A DNA stretch of 64,000 nucleotides from an uncultured Treponema sp. (GCA_964538245.1 CAZIFO010000001.1:58039-122038), one strand, 5' to 3'; shown: positions 10,215-20,316, counted from the first letter of the stretch. A program made the numbers and translations. Notes: a model not told the origin generated them from the sequence alone.

Positions 10215-11545
10215 ATGAAAAAAGCTTTAATTAGCCGAATTGCAAATATCCTAAAAATTCCAGTTATTCTTTTTCTTTCTTTTTATTTTTCACTTGTTCT
10301 TGTTTATTGCATTCCTTCGAAATTAATGATTAAAAATGCGGAAGAATCCTATAATATTCTCAAACACGAAGGACTTTATCCTGATTCGTATGCAGACGGA
10401 CGAAGCTATGACAATTTCACAGTCGCCTTGATGATAAACCATGCGCTAAATACAAGCCGGAATCAGCTATAACCGATATTGGCATGGCTATCTTGTATTT
10501 TTAAAGCCTCTTCTTATGTTTCTGAACATTTATCAAATCAGGCTTTTGTGCCAGTCAGCAATTCTGTTTCTTTTGATGCTGGCCGGAATTTGCCTTAAAG
10601 AAAACTTTGGAAAATTTGGAATTTATGCGGCGTTTTCGCTTGCGGGAAGTTTTGGAATTTATTCCGGAGTCAACGCTGCGATGACGCTTCCGCTTTTTCC
10701 GTCATTTGCGCTTTCTTTGCTCGGCAGCATTTACGTTTTAAAATTCTGCGGATTAAAAACAAGCAAAGCGGCATCTTGTTTTTTTATTCTTGGCGCGCTC
10801 ACGGTTTTCTTTGATTTTCTTGACAATCCGATTTTGACTTTAGGAATTCCGCTTTGTTTCTTTATTTTAAAATTATTTTATTCAAAATCAGATCTGAAAT
10901 ATAAAGATTCATGCAAATCTCCGATTTTCGCAGGTTTCGTTTTCTGGGGGCTTGGCTACGGAATTCTATGGGCAGGAAAATGGGTTCTGTCATTTTTTGT
11001 CTACGGAACTTATGCTTTTAAAAACGCCTTTGGAGCAATTGCGCTCCGAATCGGAAAAAGCGCTGAAGCCGCGAATTATCCAAGCTCGCCGTATTCCGCA
11101 ATCATAACGAATTTAAAAACGGCCGGCTGGTTTAGAATCAAGTTACTTTTGCTGATTGCGCTTGCTGTTGTGATAATCGGAATCATTCTGCTCGTCATCT
11201 TAAAAATCAAAAATCACAAGATTCGGAAAATTTCAGAAACTTGCGTTGTTCTAGGAATATCGTCTTTGCTTCCTTTCGTTTGGTACGCAGTTTTGAATAA
11301 TGGAGGTGTTCGAAAACTTCAGTTTTTCGAACACCAACCTTAGAAAATCGCAACTCTGCAAGGCTTTTGCCTGAAGAGTTGTCAGACCAGAGAGGAAACT
11401 AACAAAGTTTCCGAACAGGTCTAATCATTCCGTAATTCATGCGAACATTATTTCATTCAGAAATTTGCTTCTGACAATGTTTGCAGGGCTTGTATTGGCA
11501 GGATTTATGATTTTCTGCATTTTGAAGGAAAATAGAAATGGATAA
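10215..11545 (+). pseudogene. Multi-pass membrane protein (putative GT-C-type glycosyltransferase), broken by a frameshift near 10465 and a MITE at 11302-11421
   Basis: The second frame begins SYNRYWHGYLVFLKP upstream of ORF 10516; removing the insert restores WYAVLNN-HSVIH; adjacent to GT2 and GtrA remnants. Confidence 0.7.
11302..11421. mobile_element. 120-bp MITE with 4-bp target duplication (TAAT)
   Basis: TAAT at 11298-11301 and 11422-11425; imperfect terminal IRs gaggtgttcgaaaactt / gacctgttcggaaactt (reverse complement); excision restores the host frame. Confidence 0.8.
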
Positions 11546-12183
11546 AATCGCAGTTTTAATTCCGTGCTACAACGAGGAAAAGACAATTGAAAAAGTTATA
11601 AAAGATTTTAAGGCGGCTCTTCCAGATTCAGTGATTTATGTCTACAACAACAATTCATCTGATCGCGCAAAAAGCCGGAGCCGTTGTCCGGAACGAATAT
11701 TTGCAGGGGAAAGGAAACGTAATCCGCAGAATGTTCCGGGAAATCGATGCGGAATGCTACATTATGGCGGACGGCGACGACACTTATCCGGCGAAATCCG
11801 CTGCAAAAATGGCGGACAGAGTTCTTCATCATAATGCAGACATGGTTGTTGGCGACAGGCTTTCATCAACATATTTTCAGGAAAACAAGCGCCCGTTCCA
11901 CAACTTTGGGAACAGTCTTGTCCGGAAATCAATTAATTTTCTTTTTAAAAACGATATAAAAGACATAATGACCGGCTACCGCGCATTCAGCTATGAATTC
12001 GTTAAAACTTTTCCGGTTCTTTGCCGGATTGGAACAGAAGTTGTTGATATTGCATTTATGTTTTTTTTCGCGGATATTTTGAATTTCAACGATGTGATAA
12101 TAAAGGCGATTGCAAACATCATTGTGATTATTTTGAATTATATTGCGAGCAAATTTGTGATTTTTAAGAAAACGCGAATATAA
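11538..12183 (+). pseudogene. GT2 (GtrB/DPM1-like) glycosyltransferase, frameshifted near 11665 and fused by deletion to the C-terminus of a GtrA-family flippase
   Basis: VLIPCYNEE in one frame; GKG, DGDDTYP, DIMTGYRAF in the next; then an abrupt switch to ..ILNYIASKFVIFKK (GtrA-like end). Confidence 0.8.
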
Positions 12184-12192
12184 AAATTTCTC

Positions 12193-12220
12193 TTGAGCTG
12201 AGTCAAAATTATAGTATAAT
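12193..12220 (+). promoter_or_regulatory. Sigma70-type promoter of the small-peptide transcript
   Basis: TTGAGC-16 bp-TATAAT directly upstream of the structured leader that starts GGAAAC at 12227. Confidence 0.6.
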
Positions 12221-12298
12221 AAAAATGGAAACTGCCTAGTTCAGGCGGCGTCTCCCAGACTCTACCGGTTCGCCGGATTAAAAATGGGAGGAAAGCCT

Positions 12299-12391
12299 GT
12301 GACATGTGAAAAAATAATGACCGTTGCGTCTTGCATCGCAACGGTCATAAGCGCTGTTATAGCTGTTCTTTCTTACTTTAGAAGAAAGTAA
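12299..12391 (+). CDS. 30-aa hydrophobic peptide, type I toxin-like (MTCEKIMTVASCIATVISAVIAVLSYFRRK)
   Basis: GGGAGG RBS at 12286-12291, GTG start, one TM helix, basic C-terminus; below the ORF-track size cutoff. Confidence 0.7.
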   Translation: MTCEKIMTVASCIATVISAVIAVLSYFRRK

Positions 12392-12487
12392 TGAGTAGGA
12401 CAAAAGCCGCCGACGTCCAACACACTGCGGTGACTTTTTAACCAATTTGTGGAGACGACCAAATGAACTGGGCGTTTCCTTCCTTTA

Positions 12488-12516
12488 AATATATATTGCT
12501 TTTTCCCTCTTGTCAA
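12488..12516 (-). promoter_or_regulatory. Antisense sigma70-type promoter facing the peptide gene
   Basis: Minus strand TTGACA-17 bp-TATATT. Confidence 0.6.
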
Positions 12517-14612
12517 ACTCCGTTTTTCTCCGCCACTTTCATTTCGTCATCAAATGCGAGAGAGGCGAGGCGCGACGCGTAGATGCTGTCTCCGGTGCGC
12601 GCAGTCTGGTTTTGTCCGAGCTGGCTCTGGAAGAACATCTCTTTTTGGTCCTTGCTTTCCGTCCTTTTCTCGACAAGGGCTTTTGCGGCCACAAGAATGT
12701 CGCTGGCTTCTCCGGCGCGCACGTGCAGAGCCTGCGCAACTTCTGACTCCTGGGCTGCGGCGAGATTTTCAAGCGTGGAGAATGTCTTTATCAGAATCTT
12801 CTCTCGCTTTTCGCCGACGTGCGGCAGAGAGATAAAAGCTGAGATTGTGTTTTCCTTTGTGCGCAGGTTCTGGTTGCGGCTTGTCGCGAACCTGTGCGTC
12901 TCGTCGCGGACGCGCTGCAAAAGGCGCAATGCGTCGCTTCGGCGCGGCAGGCAGATTGGCTTTGATGCGTGCGGCCGCCAAATTTCCTCGTCGCGCTTTG
13001 CAAGGCCCGCGATTGGAATATCCAAATCAAGAGCTTTTAAGATTCCGTCAACCGCATTCACCTGTCCGATTCCGCCGTCGATAAGAATCAAGTCCGGAAG
13101 AGGCTTTCCCTCGTTGGCGAGACGCGAGTAACGGCGGCTAGTCGCTTCGCGCATTGAGGCAAAGTCGTCGATTACGCCGTTTGTCGTTTTTAGGCGGAAA
13201 TATCTGTAGTTCTTCTTGTCCGGATTTCCGTCCCAGAAAGATATGAGCGACGCAACCGGGAACTTTCCGCCGATATGCGCAATATCAAATCCTTCGATTC
13301 TGTGCGGAAGCCGGTCAAGGCCTAAGAGCTCCTTTAGCTCGTTCAAGGCCGGCATGTCGCCGCGTTCCCTCATTCTTCTGATAATGTCTTCCTTGGCGTT
13401 GTGCTCCGCCATTTCAAGAACCGCGACATCGCGCCGGTTTGCCGAAATGTCGTCAGGAGAAATTTTTATGATCTGAGTTCTGCCTGCGCCGCTTCCGGTG
13501 GACGCATTAGGGATAGGAGGGGCGGCGTCAGCCGTTGCGGAGTGGAGCGAAGCGGAACGTAGCAATGCGAACCCCGGATAGCCCGGCGGCGGAGCCGCAA
13601 CGCCCTGATTTTTAACGCCTGAGTCAATCCACTTTTCAAGCATTTCGACAGAATCTTCCGCGCTCACGTAGATTTTTGCAGGCAGAGAATTTTCGTCCGC
13701 GTAATATTTCGACGCGAACTCCTCAAGAAGCTCGCTGTCCTCAGCAAGGCTTTCGACGCGGAAATTGTCGCGCCCGGTGAGCTTTCCGCCGCGCAGCTTT
13801 AGGACAGTGAAGCTTACAAGCTCGCCCTCGCGGTAATGCGCAATGTAGTCGCGGTCCTCGCTGTCGAATCCTTCGACAATGTTCTGGTTCTGCATTATTG
13901 TAAGCGCGCGAAGCCCGTCACGGAGCCGGGCGGCTTTCTCAAAGTTCAGCTGGGCTGCGGCGGCCTTCATCTCCGCTGTGATTTTCTGGAGCGCCTCGTC
14001 GTCTTTTCCCTTAAGTAACGCCTTGATTTCTTCGATAAATTCATTGTAGGACTGTTTATCAATCTTGCCGCAGCATGGAGCCTTGCAGCGGCCGATGTGG
14101 TAGTACATGCACGGAGCTTCGCGCTTTTTTAGAGTCCGGCAATGTCTTACAGGATAAATCTTGTAGAGCGTGTCGATAAAAGTGTCGAGAGCCGATGCGT
14201 CCGGATAAGGCCCGAAGTAAACTGAGCCGTCATGACGGATCTGGCGGGTTTTGTAGAAGCGCGGAAAATCCTCGTTTGTGATTTTCAGGACAGGATAAGA
14301 TTTTCCGTCTTTGAGCTGGATGTTGTAGCGCGGCGAATACTTCTTGATTAAATTGTTTTCAAGAAGGAACGCTTCGTACTCATTGTTTGTTGTGATATAC
14401 TCAATTGATTTCGCGTTCGACACAAGAAGCTGCGTCTTTATCTGCCGTTCGCCTGAAAAATACGAAGTCAGCCTGTTTTTAAGGCTCTTGGCTTTTCCAA
14501 CATAAATGACGGTTCCGTTCGCGTTCCGCCAAAGATAAACGCCGCTTGAGGAGGGTGCTTTTAACGCAGTTTGATGTAGAATCTCATAATCTGGGTTATT
14601 AGTATTGTTCAT
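12513..14612 (-). CDS. uvrC: Excinuclease ABC subunit C, with an in-frame repeat insertion
   Basis: GVY..YVGKAKSLKNR (GIY-YIG), FEKAARLRD, IEGFDIAH, LIDGGIGQ, QRVRDETHRFA. Confidence 0.96.
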   Translation of the reverse strand: MNNTNNPDYEILHQTALKAPSSSGVYLWRNANGTVIYVGKAKSLKNRLTSYFSGERQIKTQLLVSNAKSIEYITTNNEYEAFLLENNLIKKYSPRYNIQLKDGKSYPVLKITNEDFPRFYKTRQIRHDGSVYFGPYPDASALDTFIDTLYKIYPVRHCRTLKKREAPCMYYHIGRCKAPCCGKIDKQSYNEFIEEIKALLKGKDDEALQKITAEMKAAAAQLNFEKAARLRDGLRALTIMQNQNIVEGFDSEDRDYIAHYREGELVSFTVLKLRGGKLTGRDNFRVESLAEDSELLEEFASKYYADENSLPAKIYVSAEDSVEMLEKWIDSGVKNQGVAAPPPGYPGFALLRSASLHSATADAAPPIPNASTGSGAGRTQIIKISPDDISANRRDVAVLEMAEHNAKEDIIRRMRERGDMPALNELKELLGLDRLPHRIEGFDIAHIGGKFPVASLISFWDGNPDKKNYRYFRLKTTNGVIDDFASMREATSRRYSRLANEGKPLPDLILIDGGIGQVNAVDGILKALDLDIPIAGLAKRDEEIWRPHASKPICLPRRSDALRLLQRVRDETHRFATSRNQNLRTKENTISAFISLPHVGEKREKILIKTFSTLENLAAAQESEVAQALHVRAGEASDILVAAKALVEKRTESKDQKEMFFQSQLGQNQTARTGDSIYASRLASLAFDDEMKVAEKNGV
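13500..13605 (+). ncRNA. Flavo-1-like structured element, copy 2, inside uvrC on the opposite strand
   Basis: GCATTAGGGATAGGAGGGG...CCCCGGATAGCCCGGCGGCGGAGCCGCAACGCCC; same architecture as copy 1 with compensatory changes. Confidence 0.6.
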
Positions 14613-16133
14613 ATGAATCTTTCAAATCTAAATATACTGAAAATTCTGAAAAATAGTTTATCACAAAAAATTATTTTGTTCTTTGCTGTGGTTTTTTCCG
14701 CTTTTCCGGCTCAGAAAACTTTGGTTCTCGGCGGAGAGAAAGGCTGGACAAACATTCAGGAAATGAGCGGGCTTGCTTTTGGAAAAGGCCAGTTCGGATA
14801 TGATTCAATCGAGCTTTCCACGTCAAACCAGAAATCAAATGACTACACAGATTTGTTCATCACTTTTGACGGCGGAAATTTCTCTGACAAAAGCGAAAAC
14901 TACAAAGTTGTGTCGAATTCGCTTGTTTCAAGCGAAAGCTCTGTAAAAGGCAGCGGCGCGGCTTTAAGCCGTGGAAACGGCGGCGGGCTTACTTTGCGCG
15001 GAAACGACGGAGCTTTGTTTGGCTCGGAGGGAAACGCAGGCTCCTTCACAATTGAATTCTGGCTTTGCCCGGCGGTCAGCGAAAACGGCGAGACAATTTT
15101 TTCATGGCGCTCTTCGCTGAACTTTGGCAGCACAATCGAATATCAGCTGATAACTGCAATCATCAATAAAAATCATCTTACATGGACTTTCAACAATGTT
15201 TTCAACGGCTACAAGTCGGAAAAAGTTTTTCTGGAAGGAATTTCAAATATCGTTCCGCAAAAATGGAGCCGGCATACAATTTCATTTGACGAGGAGACCG
15301 GGCTTCTTGAATATCTTGTTGACGGACGCACGGAAGATTTAATTTATGTCACAAAAAACGGCCACGAGAACGGAGCGGTCTGCATTCCTGTAATCGGAGA
15401 AAAAGCGTCACTTGATTTTTGCGGCGATTATGTCGGAAAAATCGACGACATAAAAATTTCAAGATATTCATACGGACACGAGCTTTCAGATATTTTTTCA
15501 ACCGGAAATGAAAAATACAAGCCTGACGGCGGAAAATTCACGACCGAGCCGATATTGGTCTCTCATTCCGCCTCGATGAGCGAAATTGACGCGCTGATGA
15601 ATGTTCCGGCACAGACAGATGTAAGATTTTATGTGCGTTCCGGCGACAACTGCTACGGCTGGACTGAATCTTATCCTGAATGGAAGGAAGTTGTTCCCGG
15701 CGAAAAGATTTCCGGCGTTTCGGGGCTTTATTTCCAGGTTTCCGCTGAGCTTTTGCCTGACGGCGGCGCTGAAAAAACGCCTTCAATCACGGAGCTTACG
15801 ATAAAATATGACGAGCAGGACGAGCCGCTTCCGCCTTTTACTGTGAGCGCGCAGGCTGGAAACGGAAGCGTGACTTTAAGCTGGAGCTACTCAGTTGACG
15901 ACAGCGCGGGCGGATATCTTGTCTACTACGGAAACCGTCCCGGAGAATATCTTGGACGCGCCGCTGTTGAGGGCGATTCGCCTGTAAAACTTGGAAATCA
16001 AAGCTCCGTCACATTGACCGGGCTTCAAAACGGAAAAATTTATTACTTCGCAGTCGCCGCATATTCAAAAATTGATGATAGAATAATAGGAACTTTGTCA
16101 AAAGAAGTTTATGCTAGACCAAGTTCACATTAG
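14613..16133 (+). CDS. Exported protein with LamG/concanavalin-like and C-terminal FN3 domains
   Basis: Signal-like N-terminus; FTIEFW..GKIDDIKI; VTLSW..YLVYYG..LTGLQNGKIYYFAVAAY. Confidence 0.75.
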   Translation: MNLSNLNILKILKNSLSQKIILFFAVVFSAFPAQKTLVLGGEKGWTNIQEMSGLAFGKGQFGYDSIELSTSNQKSNDYTDLFITFDGGNFSDKSENYKVVSNSLVSSESSVKGSGAALSRGNGGGLTLRGNDGALFGSEGNAGSFTIEFWLCPAVSENGETIFSWRSSLNFGSTIEYQLITAIINKNHLTWTFNNVFNGYKSEKVFLEGISNIVPQKWSRHTISFDEETGLLEYLVDGRTEDLIYVTKNGHENGAVCIPVIGEKASLDFCGDYVGKIDDIKISRYSYGHELSDIFSTGNEKYKPDGGKFTTEPILVSHSASMSEIDALMNVPAQTDVRFYVRSGDNCYGWTESYPEWKEVVPGEKISGVSGLYFQVSAELLPDGGAEKTPSITELTIKYDEQDEPLPPFTVSAQAGNGSVTLSWSYSVDDSAGGYLVYYGNRPGEYLGRAAVEGDSPVKLGNQSSVTLTGLQNGKIYYFAVAAYSKIDDRIIGTLSKEVYARPSSH

Positions 16134-16141
16134 GAGAAAAT

Positions 16142-18955
16142 ATGGCTGACCCGAATTTGCTTTTGAGCCGCGCTAAATCGGCTCTTCTTGCCAGAGATTA
16201 TCAGCTGGCGGCAAAGTATTATAAGACTTTGATTTCAGAAAATCCTGACGTTCTTGACTATAAAATCCAGCTTGGAAATCTTTACGTAAAGGCTGGAAAT
16301 GACGACCAGGCCCTGTCAGTTTTTAAGGGAATTGAAAAAAATGTGCCTGACAACCTTACAGTTCTAATGGCGATGGCAGGAATTTACCGCCGCAAGAAGA
16401 TGTTCGACGATTCTGTCGCGGTTCTGGAGCAGGCGCTTTTAATCAGCAACAACAGCCCCGAAGATTTGGCGACAATCAATTACAATCTTGGCTTCACCTA
16501 CAGGCAGATGGGCAATAACGAGGAAGCAATCCACTGCTTTGAGAATGTAATCGAGCAAAATCCGAAAGATGTTCTCGCCTACAATCATCTTGGCGCAATC
16601 CACGCGCTTCAGGGCGACCAGAACAAAGCTATAGAAGCTTACCAGCGCGGGCTTCAGTTTGACCCGAACCATCCGATTCTCCATTTTAACATTGCGAGAA
16701 GCTACACCGAGATTGGAGACACAAACAAAGCGCTTTCCCATTATGAGGCGGCCTTGCGTGCAAAACCGGGCTGGCTCGACGCGATTGAGGAATACGCGAA
16801 TCTTCTTCTGAAAAACAACAAGGTAAACGAGGCGGAGGAAACTGTCCAGAACGCGCTCAAGCTAAATCCTGACGATGTTAAAATGCACACTTCGATGGGA
16901 AATGTCTACAACCGCAGAAGCATTTATGATAACGCTGAGATTGAATTTAAAAAGGCGCTGGATGAAAATGATGAATACAAGCCTGCCCTTACAGGTCTTG
17001 CCCGTTCGCTCGAAAAGCAGGGAAAACATGCCGAGGCCGCGGAAACTATAAACAAGGCGCAGCGCCTTAATCCTGACGATGTTGCGATTATAAAGCAGTC
17101 GGCCGAAGTTCTTCTTTCCGCGAATTTTCTGCCTGCGGCCTACGAAAAAATCAGCAGGCTTTGGGAAATCAACCAGAACGACCCGCAGACAATAAGCCTT
17201 CTCGGCCAGTATTACATTGAGAAAGGCGATGAGAACAAAGTTGAAAGCTGCTTTGACCGAATTCAGAGCGTCGCGCCGGAATACAAAGATATTTTCCGCG
17301 ACTGGGGCGCGCGCTATATTCAAAAAGGCGACAGCCAGAAAGCCGAGCAATATCTAAAAACCGCGATCCGGCAAAATCCAAAGGACGCTGAGTCGATGAT
17401 GTATCTTGGCGAAGTCTACGAAAGCCAGAAACGCCCGGAAGATGCGCTCGCAATGTACAAACAGGCGAGCCACACAGATTCCTTCAACGAGCTTTCAAAA
17501 AAAGAGACAAAAAAGCTGACTGACGCCGGAGTCAGAGATACAAGCAAAATCAGCTTTGCGGATTTGAACGGCGGAAAAGATGATAAAATCAGCATGAACA
17601 AGCTTCCGAATTTGCTCAACGACACAACAAATCCAATCAGCAAGGATTTTGACGATTTTAATGATGTCGGCGAAATTAAACTTGCCGAGGACGCGGATCT
17701 TCTTGAAAAAAGCGAAGATGAAAAAAATCAGAGACAGAATGAAAATTCTGACAAAAGCGCTGAGCCAAAAGAAAATCCAGAAAGCCAGGAAGAAAAAAAA
17801 TCTGATGAAAACGCTCAGCCGATTGCCGACGAGGATTTTGACTTTGACCAGTTTGGAATGGAAAAACTCAAGGAAGAAAATCCAGAGGAAGTTTCGGTCG
17901 CTTCAATCGACGATTTAATGCAGAATGAAGAGTTAAACAAGCAGGAAAATCCGACTGACATTGAGGAGCTTGTCGATGACGGCGCGCCTGTTGACGATGA
18001 GGACGAGCCGAACATGGAATTTATTCCCGACGGCTCAGATTTTATAAATTCTCCCGACGGAAATTCCACAAAGCCGGACGAGTTCGTCTCGGAAGATGAT
18101 TTGCCTGACGACGATGAAGATGAGGATTTCCCTGACATTTTGGATTCAGACGACTGGGAAAAAGACGATGACAAAGCCGGAAATCAAAAAGAAGATAAAA
18201 AATCGCCTGAAAATGATGAAAAAAAATCCGACCTTTCAGATGAGCTTGATGATTTGAAAAAACAAGTGAGCGCCGCGGCAAAAACTGCGGAGGAAGCGAA
18301 AGATTCAGCTCAAAAACTGATGGAAGAAATACAGAGAAATCAAGAGCCTGAAGCTGATGAGAAATCTGATTCTGAAGAGCTTTACGTTGAGCCGGACGAA
18401 AAATCCGAGGTTCTTGATAACGAAGACTTGAATTTCCAGCAGAACCAGACAGAAGACATTCCTGAAGAAGATTCTGTCTCTGAAAAAGAGGAAATTCAGG
18501 CCGCCGAAAAACAGAGCGACAAGCTTTCGCCTGAAGAGCTTATGATGAAACGCGCAATTGATATGCTTCCGGAAATCGTAAGCGGAATTGAGGACAGGGC
18601 TTCGTTCTTTAAGTTCAAAAGCTATCTTGAGATGTTCAAGACGCTCCGAAAGATGATTGATTTCTTGCCGGAACTTAAAAAGCAGGAGTTTATGTCCAGC
18701 AAGAACCGGATTCTGCTGGACTACGTGATTTCGAAGCTTTCCGGAATGCCTGGACTTTACGCGACTTCGCAGGCACTGCAGCGTTCTGGAATTATCCATA
18801 AAAATCCGGCCGTACAAGGTTCTGACAACAGCGGCGTTGAGCTTGTAAAGGAAGTTCTTGGAAACTTAAAGCGCCTTACAGGAAATCTCGACGACGAGAC
18901 TTTAAGAATCGCTCTCGACCGTGAGAATGATGAGCTTATGTCAAAGCTTATTTAA
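16142..18955 (+). CDS. Tetratricopeptide-repeat protein with a long acidic region
   Basis: Many 34-aa TPR-like units (YNLG..Y..A, P.D/N turns) in the N-terminal half. Confidence 0.88.
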   Translation: MADPNLLLSRAKSALLARDYQLAAKYYKTLISENPDVLDYKIQLGNLYVKAGNDDQALSVFKGIEKNVPDNLTVLMAMAGIYRRKKMFDDSVAVLEQALLISNNSPEDLATINYNLGFTYRQMGNNEEAIHCFENVIEQNPKDVLAYNHLGAIHALQGDQNKAIEAYQRGLQFDPNHPILHFNIARSYTEIGDTNKALSHYEAALRAKPGWLDAIEEYANLLLKNNKVNEAEETVQNALKLNPDDVKMHTSMGNVYNRRSIYDNAEIEFKKALDENDEYKPALTGLARSLEKQGKHAEAAETINKAQRLNPDDVAIIKQSAEVLLSANFLPAAYEKISRLWEINQNDPQTISLLGQYYIEKGDENKVESCFDRIQSVAPEYKDIFRDWGARYIQKGDSQKAEQYLKTAIRQNPKDAESMMYLGEVYESQKRPEDALAMYKQASHTDSFNELSKKETKKLTDAGVRDTSKISFADLNGGKDDKISMNKLPNLLNDTTNPISKDFDDFNDVGEIKLAEDADLLEKSEDEKNQRQNENSDKSAEPKENPESQEEKKSDENAQPIADEDFDFDQFGMEKLKEENPEEVSVASIDDLMQNEELNKQENPTDIEELVDDGAPVDDEDEPNMEFIPDGSDFINSPDGNSTKPDEFVSEDDLPDDDEDEDFPDILDSDDWEKDDDKAGNQKEDKKSPENDEKKSDLSDELDDLKKQVSAAAKTAEEAKDSAQKLMEEIQRNQEPEADEKSDSEELYVEPDEKSEVLDNEDLNFQQNQTEDIPEEDSVSEKEEIQAAEKQSDKLSPEELMMKRAIDMLPEIVSGIEDRASFFKFKSYLEMFKTLRKMIDFLPELKKQEFMSSKNRILLDYVISKLSGMPGLYATSQALQRSGIIHKNPAVQGSDNSGVELVKEVLGNLKRLTGNLDDETLRIALDRENDELMSKLI

Positions 18956-18956
18956 A

Positions 18957-19008
18957 ATAAAAAAGGCTCCGTTGCTGGAAAATTGCAGCCGACGGAGCCG
19001 TTTTTATT
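18957..19008. terminator. Bidirectional intrinsic terminator
   Basis: A-tract, GGCTCCGT...ACGGAGCC stem and T-tract between convergent genes. Confidence 0.8.
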
Positions 19009-19021
19009 TATCTTTTTAATT

Positions 19022-20173
19022 TCAGTTGATTCTTAGAATCTTCGAGTGCGTAATCACCTCGTTTCCGTCTTCTGTAATCAGAACGTCGTTCTCAAGGCGC
19101 ACGCCGCCAAGCTCCGGGTCGTAAAGCCCAGGCTCCAGAGTGACGATGTTGCCCGGCTTAAAGACTTTGTCTTCGCTTACGCGCGTGCTCACGGCCGGAG
19201 CCTCGTGGATTTCAAGCCCGATTCCGTGTCCGAGCGAGTGCGGCATATTTCTTCCGCCTTTTGCAAAGACCGAGTCGGCGACCTGGCAGGCTTTCTTGAT
19301 TGACTCGCCCGGCTTGTAGAGTTTCAAGGCCTCTGCAGCCGCTTTCTCGACCAGATTCAAAAGCTCCTCTTGCTTTGCGGAAAGCGGGCCGGCAGCGACA
19401 GTAAGAGTTGTGTCGCTCGTGTAGCCGTTGTAGACAACGCCGAAGTCAAGAATCGAAAGTCCCTGTGCCGGCCACGGAGCGTCTGTGTATCCTGGGAACG
19501 CATGGATTGCGAAGCTCCTTGAAGGGCCCGCTGCAAGAGTGTCAAATCCTGTGCGCTCGCAGCCACATTTTCTAAGCTCGCTCTCGATTAAAAGCGCGAC
19601 ATCCATCTCTTTCTTGAGCCAGCCTTCGCGGATTCCTCTCTCAATCTCAGATATGATGTGGTCTCCAACCCGGCACGCTTCCTTTGTGCACTCAATCTCG
19701 TACTCATCTTTCTGGGCGCGCAGGTCGCTAACATAGTCGTGCGTTGAATTCTCTCGGCACAGAACGTCCCAGCCGTCAAGAGCGTCAACATATTTCAAGA
19801 AAAGCGGATATGGAGTCTCAGGCGAGATTTCAACCTTGCGCCGGTTGGCGTTTATCTTGAACGACTTCAGCACTTCCTTTACAGCCTTCAAGTTCCTGCG
19901 CTCGTACTTTGTGTAAGGCAAAATCTTCACGTCAACAGAACGGTCTTTCGCAAGGTTCTCGTCCCAAGGAACAAGCGCGCTCTGTCCGTCAGCCGCAGCG
20001 ATAAAAAGCGCGTCAGACGGATGGCCGGTAAAATATCTGACGGCAGGATTCCGCCTTCCCTCAGTGTCCTCAAACACAACAGCCGTGATATTGTTCTTCG
20101 CCATAAACGCGAAAAGCTTGTCTTTTCTTGCCTTGTAGATGGCCTTAAGCTCATCCTTAGAATATTCCTTCAT
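19022..20173 (-). CDS. Xaa-Pro aminopeptidase (M24)
   Basis: DFG..Y.SDTT, HSLGHGIGLEIHE, TLEPGLY, GGVRLENDV. Confidence 0.92.
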   Translation of the reverse strand: MKEYSKDELKAIYKARKDKLFAFMAKNNITAVVFEDTEGRRNPAVRYFTGHPSDALFIAAADGQSALVPWDENLAKDRSVDVKILPYTKYERRNLKAVKEVLKSFKINANRRKVEISPETPYPLFLKYVDALDGWDVLCRENSTHDYVSDLRAQKDEYEIECTKEACRVGDHIISEIERGIREGWLKKEMDVALLIESELRKCGCERTGFDTLAAGPSRSFAIHAFPGYTDAPWPAQGLSILDFGVVYNGYTSDTTLTVAAGPLSAKQEELLNLVEKAAAEALKLYKPGESIKKACQVADSVFAKGGRNMPHSLGHGIGLEIHEAPAVSTRVSEDKVFKPGNIVTLEPGLYDPELGGVRLENDVLITEDGNEVITHSKILRIN

Positions 20174-20194
20174 AAAAATCTCCTATATTTCTGC

Positions 20195-20272
20195 CGTCAT
20201 TTCGAGCGGCTTAATCGTCATTGCGAGCGCAGCGAAGCAATCTTATTAAAAGCTTTTACAAGATTGCTTCGT
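20195..20272. repeat. Palindromic miniature repeat (CGTCATTGCGAGCGCAGCGAAGCAATC family)
   Basis: 27-mer at 20216-20242 has an exact reverse-complement copy at 24591-24617; the GATTGCTTCG partner arm is at 20262-20271. Confidence 0.8.
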
Positions 20273-20316
20273 CGCCGGGCAACAGTCAATCCCCGACACA
20301 AAGTCTGCGAGTTTTC

